This document shows, in pieces, positions 10,765 through 20,687 of a stretch of 64,000 nucleotides of DNA (positions are counted from its first letter, which is position 1; every line of letters begins with the position of its first letter). The notes beneath the pieces were generated by a model. The model saw only the letters and a program-made list of their open reading frames with translations. It did not search any database and was not told the origin of the DNA. This stretch comes from Verrucomicrobiota bacterium (GTDB taxonomy: Bacteria; Verrucomicrobiota; Verrucomicrobiia; Opitutales; Seribacteraceae), in the NCBI GenBank assembly GCA_027622665.1, contig JAQBYT010000007.1, positions 64,001-128,000 of the forward strand, read 5' to 3'. The position numbers and the translations under genes are program-made.

Positions 10765-11780
10765 ACGAGACGATCGCCGGCCAACATCTTCCGGGTGGGA
10801 CATCGCTCGCCATCGATGCTTACTTGCACCTGGACGGTGGCGAGTTGGTGGTGACGGATGAAGCGGGGGGAGAATTATCCCGCGCCAATATTCGTGAGGC
10901 CGAGATTTCTTCGCGCTTGGGCAACGTGCCCCGTCGCATCCAGTTCCCGGACCAATCGAACTTCGAGACCGAAGCCAACGACGTCGTCGACGAATGGCTC
11001 CGCACGGTAGGCAAGTCAAAGGGCATCGTTCCCACCTTGGAGGGCAAGCTGCGGTATGTCTTGCCCTTCACTGCAGTAACCATCCTCGTTACCTGGGCTT
11101 TCGTTGCCTTCGGGCTACCGGCGCTGGCGGGGATCGCGGCTCGGAATCTGCCGCAAGACATCTTGGACGGCGCCGCCGAATCCACTCTCGCTTTCCTCGA
11201 TAAAGTCGCCTTGGAGCCCACTGGCCTTGCGCCGGAACGCAGGCGCGAGATCGAGACTCTCATCCGGCGTACTTTTCCGCCCAAGGAAGCTCTCGTATAC
11301 GAAGTCGTTTTTCGTAGAGGAGGCACACTCGGTGCCAACGCCTTCGCCCTGCCGGACGGTACCATCGTCTTTACGGACGAACTTGTTGAATTGCTCCCGT
11401 CGGACGAGGAAATCCTTGCCGTCTTCGCTCATGAACTTGGGCACGTCGCCGAACGTCACTCCCTACGCCAGCTTCTGCAGGACACGAGCATCGCCGTGCT
11501 TTCCTACCTTGTGATAGGGGAGGCCACCGATACGCTTCAGGAAGCCCTCAACGCCCTGCCGGCAATCCTCATGCACGACGCTTATTCCAGGGAATTCGAG
11601 AGCGAGGCGGACGACTATGCCATCCGATTGTTGCGGGAAGCCGGCATTTCCCCTCAGCGTCTCGCCGACGCCCTCAACCGTCTCTCCCACGAACACGGCG
11701 GCGAAGAAGGATTGAAGTACCTATCTTCGCACCCTCCATCCAAGGAGCGTGTACGGAAAGCGGAGGAAGCCAGCCAATAG
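10761..11780 (+). CDS. M48 family zinc metallopeptidase (usual YjgN partner)
   Basis: ATG at 10761 overlaps the upstream stop (ATGA). Motifs NAFALPDG, HELGH, YSREFESEAD, LSSHP. Confidence 0.9.
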   Translation: MNETIAGQHLPGGTSLAIDAYLHLDGGELVVTDEAGGELSRANIREAEISSRLGNVPRRIQFPDQSNFETEANDVVDEWLRTVGKSKGIVPTLEGKLRYVLPFTAVTILVTWAFVAFGLPALAGIAARNLPQDILDGAAESTLAFLDKVALEPTGLAPERRREIETLIRRTFPPKEALVYEVVFRRGGTLGANAFALPDGTIVFTDELVELLPSDEEILAVFAHELGHVAERHSLRQLLQDTSIAVLSYLVIGEATDTLQEALNALPAILMHDAYSREFESEADDYAIRLLREAGISPQRLADALNRLSHEHGGEEGLKYLSSHPPSKERVRKAEEASQ

Positions 11781-11805
11781 TCGAGGCTGTGCTTGCTAGA
11801 GCAGA

Positions 11806-12855
11806 TTACTCGGAGTCCTTGGTTCGATCGTCGGTGAAGACGGGTTGAACCCAGGCGTAGTATTCGATTAGGTCTCCGTCTTTTTGCTTTATGCGTCGGG
11901 TCACCTTGCAGCGCAGGTAAGGCAGGTTGACGGGGCATGATGCCTTTGTCTCCACACTCGATTCGATGACTTTGCCCTTTGGGCCGATGAACTCGACGAG
12001 GTAGCCGGGTTTGCCTTTCTTCACCTTGTGCCCGATGAGGATGGGTGAGGCGAGTTCCTTGTCGGTGGCTTCCTCGTCCACCTCGATCTCGATGCGCTTC
12101 GGTCCGCGAACCACTTTCTTTAGCATCACGCCGGAGGATGCATAGAAGTCGCCTCGAGTCATGGCCTCCGTGATGGTGTCGGAAGTGAGCTCCTTGGTCC
12201 GTACCATGACCCAACCCCGGCCAGGATTGGATTTGCCGGGGTTCCATTGGCCGAAGTGGTGGGCATCGTCGGAACTTACGCCATAGATCGTCATGCCTTG
12301 AGTGAGGAGGTCGTCCCACAGCTGCTCGGTCGAAGGGTGGCGGTGGTCGCCGAAATTACGCACGGAGGGGTGGCCGTTGTAGAGCTCGAAGAGGTAGAGC
12401 TTCTTGACCGGCAGCATGTCCTTGGCTTGCACCGCCCAGCCGAAGTTGGGATGATTGAGGATGGTGGCGCCACCGGCCTTGATGGTTTCGTCGACGTGCT
12501 TTTGTATGATCTTGGAGCGATGCTCGTGGTCGAAGTGCCAAGGCACGAGGCGGTTCACGTTCATGGCCGTACTGTGTACCGTTTTGCGTCCCGTGACCTC
12601 TTCCCCTGGAAGGAGTAGGAAATCCTCGCGAATTTCACCCTTCAATTTAACCGTCTTGGGGTCGATGAACTTGTTGTGCTCGCTCAGAATTGCGAAGTGG
12701 TATCCGTGGTCGTGGTACCATTGGGCTACCACGGAGGGAGTGGAGTCGGCATGGCCGCACAAGGTGGTGTGAGCGTGGGTGTTTCCCTTGTACCAATGAC
12801 TGGTTTCGCCAAGGCAAGGCAGGGTGATGATGATGGCGAGAAAAGTAATTTTCAT
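11806..12855 (-). CDS. Secreted PHP-domain metallohydrolase (CehA/McbA-like)
   Basis: Signal peptide. WYKGNTHAHT, SEHN, GEEVT, NHPNF, ELYNGH and SDDAH motifs. Confidence 0.8.
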   Translation of the reverse strand: MKITFLAIIITLPCLGETSHWYKGNTHAHTTLCGHADSTPSVVAQWYHDHGYHFAILSEHNKFIDPKTVKLKGEIREDFLLLPGEEVTGRKTVHSTAMNVNRLVPWHFDHEHRSKIIQKHVDETIKAGGATILNHPNFGWAVQAKDMLPVKKLYLFELYNGHPSVRNFGDHRHPSTEQLWDDLLTQGMTIYGVSSDDAHHFGQWNPGKSNPGRGWVMVRTKELTSDTITEAMTRGDFYASSGVMLKKVVRGPKRIEIEVDEEATDKELASPILIGHKVKKGKPGYLVEFIGPKGKVIESSVETKASCPVNLPYLRCKVTRRIKQKDGDLIEYYAWVQPVFTDDRTKDSE

Positions 12856-12932
12856 AAAGGTCTTTCGGTTGCTATGAGAATCTAGTTCGAATGAGAGTTT
12901 CCAAGCTTGCGGGGACAGTCAAGGCAGTACCC

Positions 12933-13466
12933 TTACATTGTGGCAAAATACCAAGAGTAGAACGCAATCCAGACAGCTGTCAGGACGAATGCCTTTTGTC
13001 TTGTCTGTAGCTTGGTCAAAAGCTTGCTTGCTACCCACCAAGTGATCCAAGTAAGCAGTATGAAACGCAGAAGGCGAGCGGGGATGCTGACGAGCAGGAA
13101 GCTCGGGAAACTAATGTCTTTGGCACCTGCGTAAACCGCGTAGATCTTGTAGGGTCGACCGGCCATAGGGCCGAAGAAGGTTGCCTTCACTCCGTCATCA
13201 TCGATCTGCTGCTCGACCTTATTGAGCAGTTCTTCATCTATTGCAGGGACTTGAGCCAAGAAGCCTTCAGCGCCTTTCGGATCGTAGTGTCCCCAACAAA
13301 ACATTGCGGTTCCTCCGACCAATGCTCCAACCAATGTCCATATACAGGCTTTCGTTGCCCGCCTTGGGTCTTTGAGCGCCAAGTAGGTTAACAGAACATC
13401 GGGAACGATGAAGAAGACGGTCGCTTCGGCCAGTCCCCAAGCGATTGCTAGAAGCTTTACTCCCAA
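12933..13466 (-). CDS. YqaA/DedA(VTT)-like membrane protein
   Basis: AEATVFFIVPDVLL, PYKIYAV and RLLRF motifs. Hydrophobic. Overlaps the acyltransferase stop; TTG start uncertain. Confidence 0.65.
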   Translation of the reverse strand: MGVKLLAIAWGLAEATVFFIVPDVLLTYLALKDPRRATKACIWTLVGALVGGTAMFCWGHYDPKGAEGFLAQVPAIDEELLNKVEQQIDDDGVKATFFGPMAGRPYKIYAVYAGAKDISFPSFLLVSIPARLLRFILLTWITWWVASKLLTKLQTRQKAFVLTAVWIAFYSWYFATM

Positions 13467-14098
13467 GGAGAGAAATTCCCCTCCTCAGCGAGTTCCTTTA
13501 TTTGCTGCGTCAACTGCTCCATAAATGCCGTTTTGTCTCCACTCCAAGTGAGGGTTTCTCCTATGAAAACATCTAGAAAGAAGGGGACTAGGAGGGCCTC
13601 TCCTTTCGGCAGGGCTTTTCCCAGACCGTGCATGTAGATGGGGATTATCGGGACCTCGGGGTTTTTCTTTGCGATGTGCGCGATGCCTGCTTTCATTTCG
13701 CCCAACTGCTCGGGTGCTCCGCGGGAACCTTCGGGAAACACGATGACAATGTCGTTTTGACCGAGAGATTCGTCGATGCCGGCGAGGGGGTGCCGGCGCT
13801 TCGACTTCACTTTTCGGTCAAGTGGCAGGATTCCCATTATATTTAGGGCAAACCATTTTAACAAAGGGTTGCGGAAAAAATAATCTTGAGCGGCAACAGG
13901 TCGCAACTTGTGGAGTATCCCAAGTGGAAACAGGCTCATCAGAGTGACCGCGTCGAGGTGACTGTTGTGATTAGCCACTAGAACTGCGGGGCCTTTGGCG
14001 GGCAATCCTTCTCGGCGACGGACGTTCAGTCCGAGGAAGACCAGCATGATGGGGCGCACCAATAGCGCGAAGAAAAGCAAGCGGCAGAGCTTGTTCAT
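13457..14098 (-). CDS. Lysophospholipid (PlsC-family) acyltransferase
   Basis: NHNSHLD (HX4D) and FPEGSR motifs. Confidence 0.9.
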   Translation of the reverse strand: MNKLCRLLFFALLVRPIMLVFLGLNVRRREGLPAKGPAVLVANHNSHLDAVTLMSLFPLGILHKLRPVAAQDYFFRNPLLKWFALNIMGILPLDRKVKSKRRHPLAGIDESLGQNDIVIVFPEGSRGAPEQLGEMKAGIAHIAKKNPEVPIIPIYMHGLGKALPKGEALLVPFFLDVFIGETLTWSGDKTAFMEQLTQQIKELAEEGNFSPWE

Positions 14099-15073
14099 TT
14101 ATTGCGCTATGCTCGTGCCGAAGGTCTGGAAGTCATACAGCCAATAAACGTAGTGAAAGAAGAGGGGCGCGGTATAGGTGAGGCTGTCCACTCGATCGAG
14201 TATGCCACCGTGACCCGGAAGTAGACTGCCGCTGTCCTTGACCTGCAGGTCGCGTTTCAAAGCCGAGAGGTTCACGTCACCTACGAATCCTCCGACCCCT
14301 ATTATCAATCCGGCCACGGCGGATTGCCATTCGTTGAGCATGGTGAGGAATGGCCCCGCCTGCCACGCGATGACGGTCGTGGTGGACACTCCTCCCAGAA
14401 AGCCCGCCCAAGTCTTTCCGGGACTGACCTTAGGCAGTATTTTCCGGCGCCCGAGTGATTTTCCCCAAATGAACTGGCAGACGTCGTTTAGCTGGGTAAG
14501 CACGACTAGAAAGAGAACGAGACCCGGTCCGGGGAATGAATGAGGTGCCTTGGATTCCTGAAGAACCAGCATGAAGGCAGTGTGACTGAGGCAAAAAACC
14601 GTCAGCATTAGCCCCCAATGGATGGTTCCTGCCGCACGGACATATCCTTTTGTTTGGCCAATTGTGACCATCCGGAGCGGCAACAACAGGAACATGTAAA
14701 CGGGAATAAAAATAATGAACATCCCGTACCATTCCAAGTGTACAAAGTAAAATTGGAGTGGAATCGCCAAGTACGCCCAAAACAATACCCGCCGATCCGC
14801 CCGTCTTGTTGGAATAAGGGATAGGAATTCCTTGAGGGCCAGGAAACTGATGAATGCAAAGAAGAGGATCGATACGTTTCGGCTAAGGGTCATGGCCAGA
14901 GAAAATACCGTGACCATCACCCACCAAGAGTTCACTCTCTGGCGGAGGTTGGAAAAATCTCCGGACGGCTTAAGGCGAGTAAGCGCTTGAACGATTACGG
15001 TTGAGAGTACGAGAGCTCCGAATATTGCAGCGAGACTCCATCGAACGGATGGATCGAGCGTCATGAAGTTCAT
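14099..15073 (-). CDS. Phosphatidate cytidylyltransferase, YnbB-like CdsA paralog
   Basis: KVSPGKTWAG and SALKRDLQVKDSGSLLPGHGGILDRVDSL signature. Start at 15073 overlaps the upstream stop (ATGA). Confidence 0.9.
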   Translation of the reverse strand: MNFMTLDPSVRWSLAAIFGALVLSTVIVQALTRLKPSGDFSNLRQRVNSWWVMVTVFSLAMTLSRNVSILFFAFISFLALKEFLSLIPTRRADRRVLFWAYLAIPLQFYFVHLEWYGMFIIFIPVYMFLLLPLRMVTIGQTKGYVRAAGTIHWGLMLTVFCLSHTAFMLVLQESKAPHSFPGPGLVLFLVVLTQLNDVCQFIWGKSLGRRKILPKVSPGKTWAGFLGGVSTTTVIAWQAGPFLTMLNEWQSAVAGLIIGVGGFVGDVNLSALKRDLQVKDSGSLLPGHGGILDRVDSLTYTAPLFFHYVYWLYDFQTFGTSIAQ

Positions 15074-15678
15074 TCTTTCACCTCCTGCAAGGCGCGTTTG
15101 GCTCTGTTGAAGATCGTGACCAGTAGCAGAATAAGTATGACGCCAAGGGCAATCTCGAGCCAAGGTTCTACCGGTACGCCGCAACCAAGTAAAAGGCAGA
15201 TCAATCCGAAGGCGAGGGCGCGATCGCTTTTCCCCATGGGACCTTCGTAGCGACGACTCGCCCCGATTTGCACGGCCACGACTCCGGTCATTTCACTGAT
15301 TACGGAAAGTAGCACGATGGCGACAATCAGTTCGGGGCGAAAACCAGGCAGAAGGGCCAAGGGCAAATACAAGGCGGAGTCCGATACGACGTCTCCGATT
15401 TCATTGAGCACTGCTCCCAGATCGGACTTCATGTCATGTTCGCGAGCCAGCATGCCGTCGATCGCGTTCAATGCCATACGAACGAACAACATACCCGGAA
15501 TCATGAGCAAGGGCCACTTCTCAGTTGGCCAAATAGTAAGGCAAGCTCCTGCTCCGATGGATAAGACTGCGGCAAAAACAGTTACTTGGTTTGCGGTGAC
15601 GCCAAGATTAACCAAACTTCTCGTAATCGGTCGCAATAGACCTTGAAATTTTGGCTTTAGGTCGTAAATGCTCGGCAT
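15070..15678 (-). CDS. CDP-alcohol phosphatidyltransferase family protein, YnbA-like
   Basis: N-terminus SIYDLKPKFQGLLRP. NAIDGMLARE..GAVLNEIGDVVSD motif. GPMGKSDRA. Alternative start at 15687. Confidence 0.88.
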   Translation of the reverse strand: MPSIYDLKPKFQGLLRPITRSLVNLGVTANQVTVFAAVLSIGAGACLTIWPTEKWPLLMIPGMLFVRMALNAIDGMLAREHDMKSDLGAVLNEIGDVVSDSALYLPLALLPGFRPELIVAIVLLSVISEMTGVVAVQIGASRRYEGPMGKSDRALAFGLICLLLGCGVPVEPWLEIALGVILILLLVTIFNRAKRALQEVKE

Positions 15679-15732
15679 AATTACCATACTTTCTACAGTT
15701 CGTGGCCAGTGCAAGCGATATAATTGAGTCCT

Positions 15733-16398
15733 TTATTCCTCGGATTGGAGATCGTTTCCCTTCGTTTGCTTATGACTGAGTGAGCTTCCGAATAGTTTAT
15801 TTCTGAAAGCTTGGAGGCAGGAGCAAAAAAAGAGTAGTAGGTGAAGGCAGGTGGGCAGAGCGGCGGATACGCCCATGATGATTCCGAAGTAGATGTTCTT
15901 GGCGTTTTCGCGTCCCGTGGGATCCTGGAGGGCTTGGACGGCCCGAGTGGTGTATTTCTCGCCGCGGAGTGTCAGTTCTTCCGGCACGGTCTCGAACAGG
16001 CTTATGAACCAGCCGCCCGAGGTGAAGACGAAGAGCACCCAAAAAGTCGCGATCATTGCGATTACCAAGTCCAGCGAGAGGTGCATTACGTATTCAGCAG
16101 TGCTTTTGGCGGTGAGGGCTCTGCGAATAATCCAGATTGTTACAAAGAAGGACAGGCTGTCGAAAAGGGCCCCGAGGATTCCTACGGGGAACTGGAGTTT
16201 TAGGTAGTGGTTCGCCTCGTGGGTAAGCATGTATTGCGGGAAGGCGGTGAATATTCCCCACCAATAGCAACCCACGTTCAGGAAAACGAAGAAGAGAAAT
16301 AGGAGCGGAAAGAATATTCTTAGCGGACCGCGACGTCGTTCATAGATGTCGAGGATCGTGTGAAGTGAATCTCGCCAAATCGCGACGATGCGGGCCAT
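15733..16398 (-). CDS. Hypothetical integral membrane protein
   Basis: 221-aa ORF with about 4 hydrophobic segments, codirectional with its neighbours. No family recognised. Confidence 0.7.
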   Translation of the reverse strand: MARIVAIWRDSLHTILDIYERRRGPLRIFFPLLFLFFVFLNVGCYWWGIFTAFPQYMLTHEANHYLKLQFPVGILGALFDSLSFFVTIWIIRRALTAKSTAEYVMHLSLDLVIAMIATFWVLFVFTSGGWFISLFETVPEELTLRGEKYTTRAVQALQDPTGRENAKNIYFGIIMGVSAALPTCLHLLLFFCSCLQAFRNKLFGSSLSHKQTKGNDLQSEE

Positions 16399-16411
16399 GA
16401 TCGATTCGGAA

Positions 16412-17371
16412 TTATTCGATGACGACGTGACGTTCCTCTTCGACGGAGGTTTCGCAGGCTTCGATGATCTTCATGCAGGTCACGGCATCGTCCAAAGTAG
16501 AAAGTGGCTCTTCGCCAAGCCCGACCACTTTTTCAATGAAATGCTTGCCTGTTGCCCGGATGGTATAGGGGTAGGCGGAATAGGTTTGCGAATGGACTAC
16601 GGCGGGTGTGTTTTCGACCCAGTCTCGGTAGCTGTAGCGAGTGGCTCCCTTGGTGCCGATCACCTTGATCATGAAGGTCCAGGGATCGCTCGCATGGTCG
16701 TCGGCGGCGAAACTGGCGCAAAGGTGGGAGAGGGCCCCGTTCTTCATTTTCAAGGTGGCCATGGCAATGTTTTCCTGAGGAACGGAACCGTCGTTGACAG
16801 TGGCTTTCATGCAGGAAACCTTTTCCGGTTCTCCCACTGCGTAGAGGGTACAGTAGGCATGGTGAGTGAGGATTTGTCGAATTACGCCCGGATATCGCGC
16901 TGCCACCTCTTCGGGATGGTGGATGTTGTAGAGAACGTATACGGCGACCAAGTCGCCCAGTTTTCCACTTTCAATTAGATCCTTGGCCCGCATGACGCTT
17001 GGCTCGTATATGTAGTTGTGTACGGGAGCGATCTTTACGCCCTTGGCGGCGGCGGCTTCCTTCATCTCGAGGATTTCGTCAATGGTGATGGCTGTCGGCT
17101 TTTCCACGAGTACGTGACAACCACGTTCGATAGCCATCAGGGAATATTCGTGATGAGTCTCCATGTTCGTGAGTACGTAGACAACGTCCACGGCTTCCAT
17201 GAGGGATTCGGGAGAGTCGAACACTTGGCAGCCGAACAAGGCGGCCTTCTCGTCTGCTCGCGAACGAGTGCGGTTCCAGATGCCGACCAGTTCGGCTCCG
17301 CGCGTTTCCTTGACCCCCTCGGCGTGCAACAGCGAGATATCTCCCGCACCAATGAATCCTACCTTTGTCAT
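16412..17371 (-). CDS. Gfo/Idh/MocA family oxidoreductase
   Basis: KVGFIGAGDIS Rossmann motif and HVLVEKP. Alternative start at 17404. Confidence 0.88.
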   Translation of the reverse strand: MTKVGFIGAGDISLLHAEGVKETRGAELVGIWNRTRSRADEKAALFGCQVFDSPESLMEAVDVVYVLTNMETHHEYSLMAIERGCHVLVEKPTAITIDEILEMKEAAAAKGVKIAPVHNYIYEPSVMRAKDLIESGKLGDLVAVYVLYNIHHPEEVAARYPGVIRQILTHHAYCTLYAVGEPEKVSCMKATVNDGSVPQENIAMATLKMKNGALSHLCASFAADDHASDPWTFMIKVIGTKGATRYSYRDWVENTPAVVHSQTYSAYPYTIRATGKHFIEKVVGLGEEPLSTLDDAVTCMKIIEACETSVEEERHVVIE

Positions 17372-17479
17372 AATGGAACTTTCATTTTGTAAAACGTTAG
17401 CCATAATGGATTTTCTCGTCAAAGGAAGTAAACTCTTTTGTCTTTCCACTCTTCCTCCATCGCGCATCGTGCAAATGAC

Positions 17480-20041
17480 ATGAGTGACAAGGAACTCAAT
17501 ACTTCGCGTTTCAGGAGAGTTTGCCTACGGCTTCTTCTCGGCATCTTCCTATTGCTGGTATGCGGTTTGTCGATCCTATGGTGGCGTTTGCCGAGATTGC
17601 TCGAGCATTATACTGCGAAAGAGGCTGAAGAGGTGGGTTTTCATGAGCCGACAGTCGTTATCGAGCAAGTCGATGTTTCACCTAAGGGTTCTTCCATAAC
17701 GGGTCTTCGCTTGTCGGATGATAAAACGGACCTGACTTTAGCCAGACTGGCTGTTGCCTACGATTTGGATAAAGTCCTCGATGGAGTGGTCGAAAAACTG
17801 GAATTGTTCGACCTTCGCCTTGTATTGGATATGCAAGCGTGGGTCGAAGAGTTGACCGAACCTTCCTTAACCGATGAAACCATCGAGGAACAAATTCGTT
17901 TGTTTTTGGAGCAGCCCGCCTTCCGGGATCTCCAACTTCATGACGCGAACGTTACCTTGAATTATGGCGATTCTCAAGGTCGTGCTCGGGTCGATGCACG
18001 CCTGTCGGCAGGATCGAGTTCAATCAGCCTAGACATCAATGGTTCTATCGGAGAGGCGCCTATTTCCGTTCTGGCCGGCTTTGTTGCTGACGAGAATGCT
18101 ACTTCGTTGAGTTCTCATTTTGGTTTTGCCGACCTAGTCGCCTTGAAAAAGGCAATGGCTACGTGGTCATTGCCATACGAGCTTGATGGATTTTCGCTTT
18201 TGAGCGGTTTCGCTTTGATCGAAGGCAAGGCAGGCATTCGTGGCGATTCCCTGGTCTCTCCCTCATTCGACGTAAATGCCGGCGACCTTTCTCTTACGGC
18301 ACTGGGGCAAACCCTGCGAATCCCCCACTTGTTTATATCCGCCTCGGAAACCGGTGACGGGAAGTGGAAAATAGATGCAAATGGGACAACCGAGGCAAAC
18401 GCCACGGGCATAGGCGAGAACTGGGCTGTCGAGGCTTTCCTTGATTCCAATGCCTGTGAAGCTACTCTCAGCGTGGATCAATTTCATACATTTGCCCCCT
18501 TGCCGACAATGACCTTGAGCCAACTGCGTCTGCCCCCATGGCGAATTTTATATGCCGATCCTACTCGACTTCCTCTCGGCGAAAGTAAAACCCTTCGGTT
18601 TGACGACTTCTCTTTCACCGAGGGAGACTTTGTCTTCAATCTCTACGAGGGGGAGCTTACCGTTGCTTTTCCCGAGAGTGGGGAAGCCTTTGGCGTGCAA
18701 CTCGCTCCTACTGATGCAGTCCTTCCTCTGCAAGGCGTCGTTTTTCGTAACTTTTCCTACACGGGAGTGGTCGAACCTTTCCGCGAACCCTACCTGTCTT
18801 TTCCGCAAAGAATTAAGGGTGACAGCATCATTCTTGGAGAGGAATCGCTCGTCTCCAACGTTGCGTTGTCGTTTCACCTCCTTGACCTGAGCAAGGGGTT
18901 CGTTGATTCGTTGGCTTTCACTTTCGACGGTTCCGTCTACGAACTGAATCCTGCCAAGCTCACCATTGAGCAATTCGAGAATGGAAGCGTGTCCATCGAC
19001 CTTAATGCTACCACCTTCCATATTCCCGACCTTCCCGTAAAAGTGGAAGGTGTTAGGGGCGAAATCACCCTCTCAGCCATTGATCCCCTTTCGACTTCAG
19101 GTTTTCAAGAATTGTGTTTCGACGCCGTTCACTACGGGGATAGCGAGGAAGCTCTCGTTTCCGATGTTGCGTTGTCGTTTCACCTCCTTGACCTAAGCAA
19201 GGCTATGGTTGATTCGTTGGCTTTCACTTTCGACGATTCCTCCTACGAACTGAATCCTGCCAAGATCACCATTGAGCAATTCGAGAATAGGAGCGTGTCC
19301 ATCGACATTAACGCTTCCACCTTCAATGTACCCGATCTCTCCGTAAAAGCGGAAGGTATTAGGAGCACAATTACTCTCTCTTCCCTTGATCCAGTTGTTA
19401 CTGCGGGTTCTCAAGAATTGCGTTTCGACGCTATTCGCTATGGAGACCTTTCCCTCCTCGACGTTCGCCTCCTGTTTTCTCTCGAAGCCAATGGAACCTT
19501 CGCACTCCATGACGGGAATGCCAGCTTATTTGGCGGCGAAGTCGTTTTCGAACCGACTCGCTTTAAGTTGGAGGACAAAGAAAAGAAATTGGCCATTCGC
19601 TTGCGTGACGTCGACGGCAGTCGAGTTGTCGCTCTCCTCAAGAAGTTCGACGGTGAAATCGAAGGAAAATTCTCAGGGCTGATCCCTCTGAGCAATCGAG
19701 ACGGAGCATGGGATTACGTCGGAGGTTATCTCGAACTTAATCCGGGGACTCCCGGCCGTCTTCGCTACCGTTCGGATGGCATTCTTACTTCCGACATGAA
19801 ACCGGGGTCAGCCGAATTCAAACGATTGCGGCAAGTTGAGGTGGCGCTTAAGGACTTGGACGTGAAATATCTTCGGCTTGATTTTCTGCTTGAAGATGAG
19901 CAGAGGCGAATCTTGGGCGACGTTCAAGGCAAATCTCAGATCGATAAAAAAACGACTATAAACCTTGATTACCGTCCCAAGATTCTTGCCGGATTCGATG
20001 AACTTCTTCAATTGGACTCCAAGGCTTTCGGGCTGGATTGA
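17480..20041 (+). CDS. ydbH: YdbH-family (AsmA-like) intermembrane lipid transport protein
   Basis: Single N-terminal TM anchor and beta-rich body. C-terminal ASLFGGEV..EGKFSGLIPL..GRLRY. Followed by ynbE- and ydbL-like genes. Confidence 0.75.
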   Translation: MSDKELNTSRFRRVCLRLLLGIFLLLVCGLSILWWRLPRLLEHYTAKEAEEVGFHEPTVVIEQVDVSPKGSSITGLRLSDDKTDLTLARLAVAYDLDKVLDGVVEKLELFDLRLVLDMQAWVEELTEPSLTDETIEEQIRLFLEQPAFRDLQLHDANVTLNYGDSQGRARVDARLSAGSSSISLDINGSIGEAPISVLAGFVADENATSLSSHFGFADLVALKKAMATWSLPYELDGFSLLSGFALIEGKAGIRGDSLVSPSFDVNAGDLSLTALGQTLRIPHLFISASETGDGKWKIDANGTTEANATGIGENWAVEAFLDSNACEATLSVDQFHTFAPLPTMTLSQLRLPPWRILYADPTRLPLGESKTLRFDDFSFTEGDFVFNLYEGELTVAFPESGEAFGVQLAPTDAVLPLQGVVFRNFSYTGVVEPFREPYLSFPQRIKGDSIILGEESLVSNVALSFHLLDLSKGFVDSLAFTFDGSVYELNPAKLTIEQFENGSVSIDLNATTFHIPDLPVKVEGVRGEITLSAIDPLSTSGFQELCFDAVHYGDSEEALVSDVALSFHLLDLSKAMVDSLAFTFDDSSYELNPAKITIEQFENRSVSIDINASTFNVPDLSVKAEGIRSTITLSSLDPVVTAGSQELRFDAIRYGDLSLLDVRLLFSLEANGTFALHDGNASLFGGEVVFEPTRFKLEDKEKKLAIRLRDVDGSRVVALLKKFDGEIEGKFSGLIPLSNRDGAWDYVGGYLELNPGTPGRLRYRSDGILTSDMKPGSAEFKRLRQVEVALKDLDVKYLRLDFLLEDEQRRILGDVQGKSQIDKKTTINLDYRPKILAGFDELLQLDSKAFGLD
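18839..19450 (+). repeat. Tandem 306-bp (102-aa) in-frame duplication inside ydbH
   Basis: EESLVSNVALSFHLLDLSK... starts at 18839 and EEALVSDVALSFHLLDLSK... at 19145. About 75/102 aa identical by manual count, with long identical DNA runs. Confidence 0.95.
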
Positions 20042-20107
20042 ACAACATTCTGTTTTTTTCCAAAATCCAGTTGCGCGGAAGCCTCTTCCACGAGTAAGTT
20101 TTATTCC

Positions 20108-20311
20108 ATGCTATCAACTACGCGATTGTCTTTCATTTTTGCTGTCCTCGCATTCGTGGGTTGCACGACCATTAAGACTGAACACCACATTACCCTCGAC
20201 CACAACATCACCATCAAGATCGAAAAGGAAGTGAACAGTTTCTTGGACGACCTTTATGGGGATTTAGATACTGAGGAAAACAATGCCGAAAACGGCAAAA
20301 AACCGGAGTGA
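20108..20311 (+). CDS. ynbE: YnbE-like small lipoprotein
   Basis: Lipobox FVGC followed by TIKTEHHITLDHNITIKIEKEVNSFLDDLY. Directly after ydbH. Confidence 0.7.
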   Translation: MLSTTRLSFIFAVLAFVGCTTIKTEHHITLDHNITIKIEKEVNSFLDDLYGDLDTEENNAENGKKPE

Positions 20312-20315
20312 GACC

Positions 20316-20687
20316 ATGAGACAAGTCCTAGAATTAATTTATTTTGCTGCATGCCTGCTAATGTTTGCCGGAACTAGTTTCGGCAAATCCGATCTCAAGG
20401 ATCGCATGAAGGAACGATTGCCGGAAGTCCTCGCGGCAAAGAAAGCCGGTACGGTGGGAGAGGGGAGTGATGGTCGAGTTCATGTCCGTCCATCCGCCGG
20501 TGACGTTGAGGTCAAACTAGCCAAGGCCGAGAATGCCGATCGATCCACTTACTTTATTGAAACGGCGAAGGCAGACAAGGAGATCTCTCCCTCGGACATA
20601 GCCAAACTGTTCGCTAAGGGAATGTGGGCCAAAGGTAGTAAAGGCCATTGGTATCGCAGTTCGAAAGGCAGTTGGTCGCAGAAGTGA
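20316..20687 (+). CDS. ydbL: YdbL / DUF1318 family periplasmic protein
   Basis: Signal peptide. K-x-x-G-x-VGE-x-x-DG, ENADR..Y and G-x-W-Y...G-x-W-x-x-K motifs. Confidence 0.8.
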   Translation: MRQVLELIYFAACLLMFAGTSFGKSDLKDRMKERLPEVLAAKKAGTVGEGSDGRVHVRPSAGDVEVKLAKAENADRSTYFIETAKADKEISPSDIAKLFAKGMWAKGSKGHWYRSSKGSWSQK

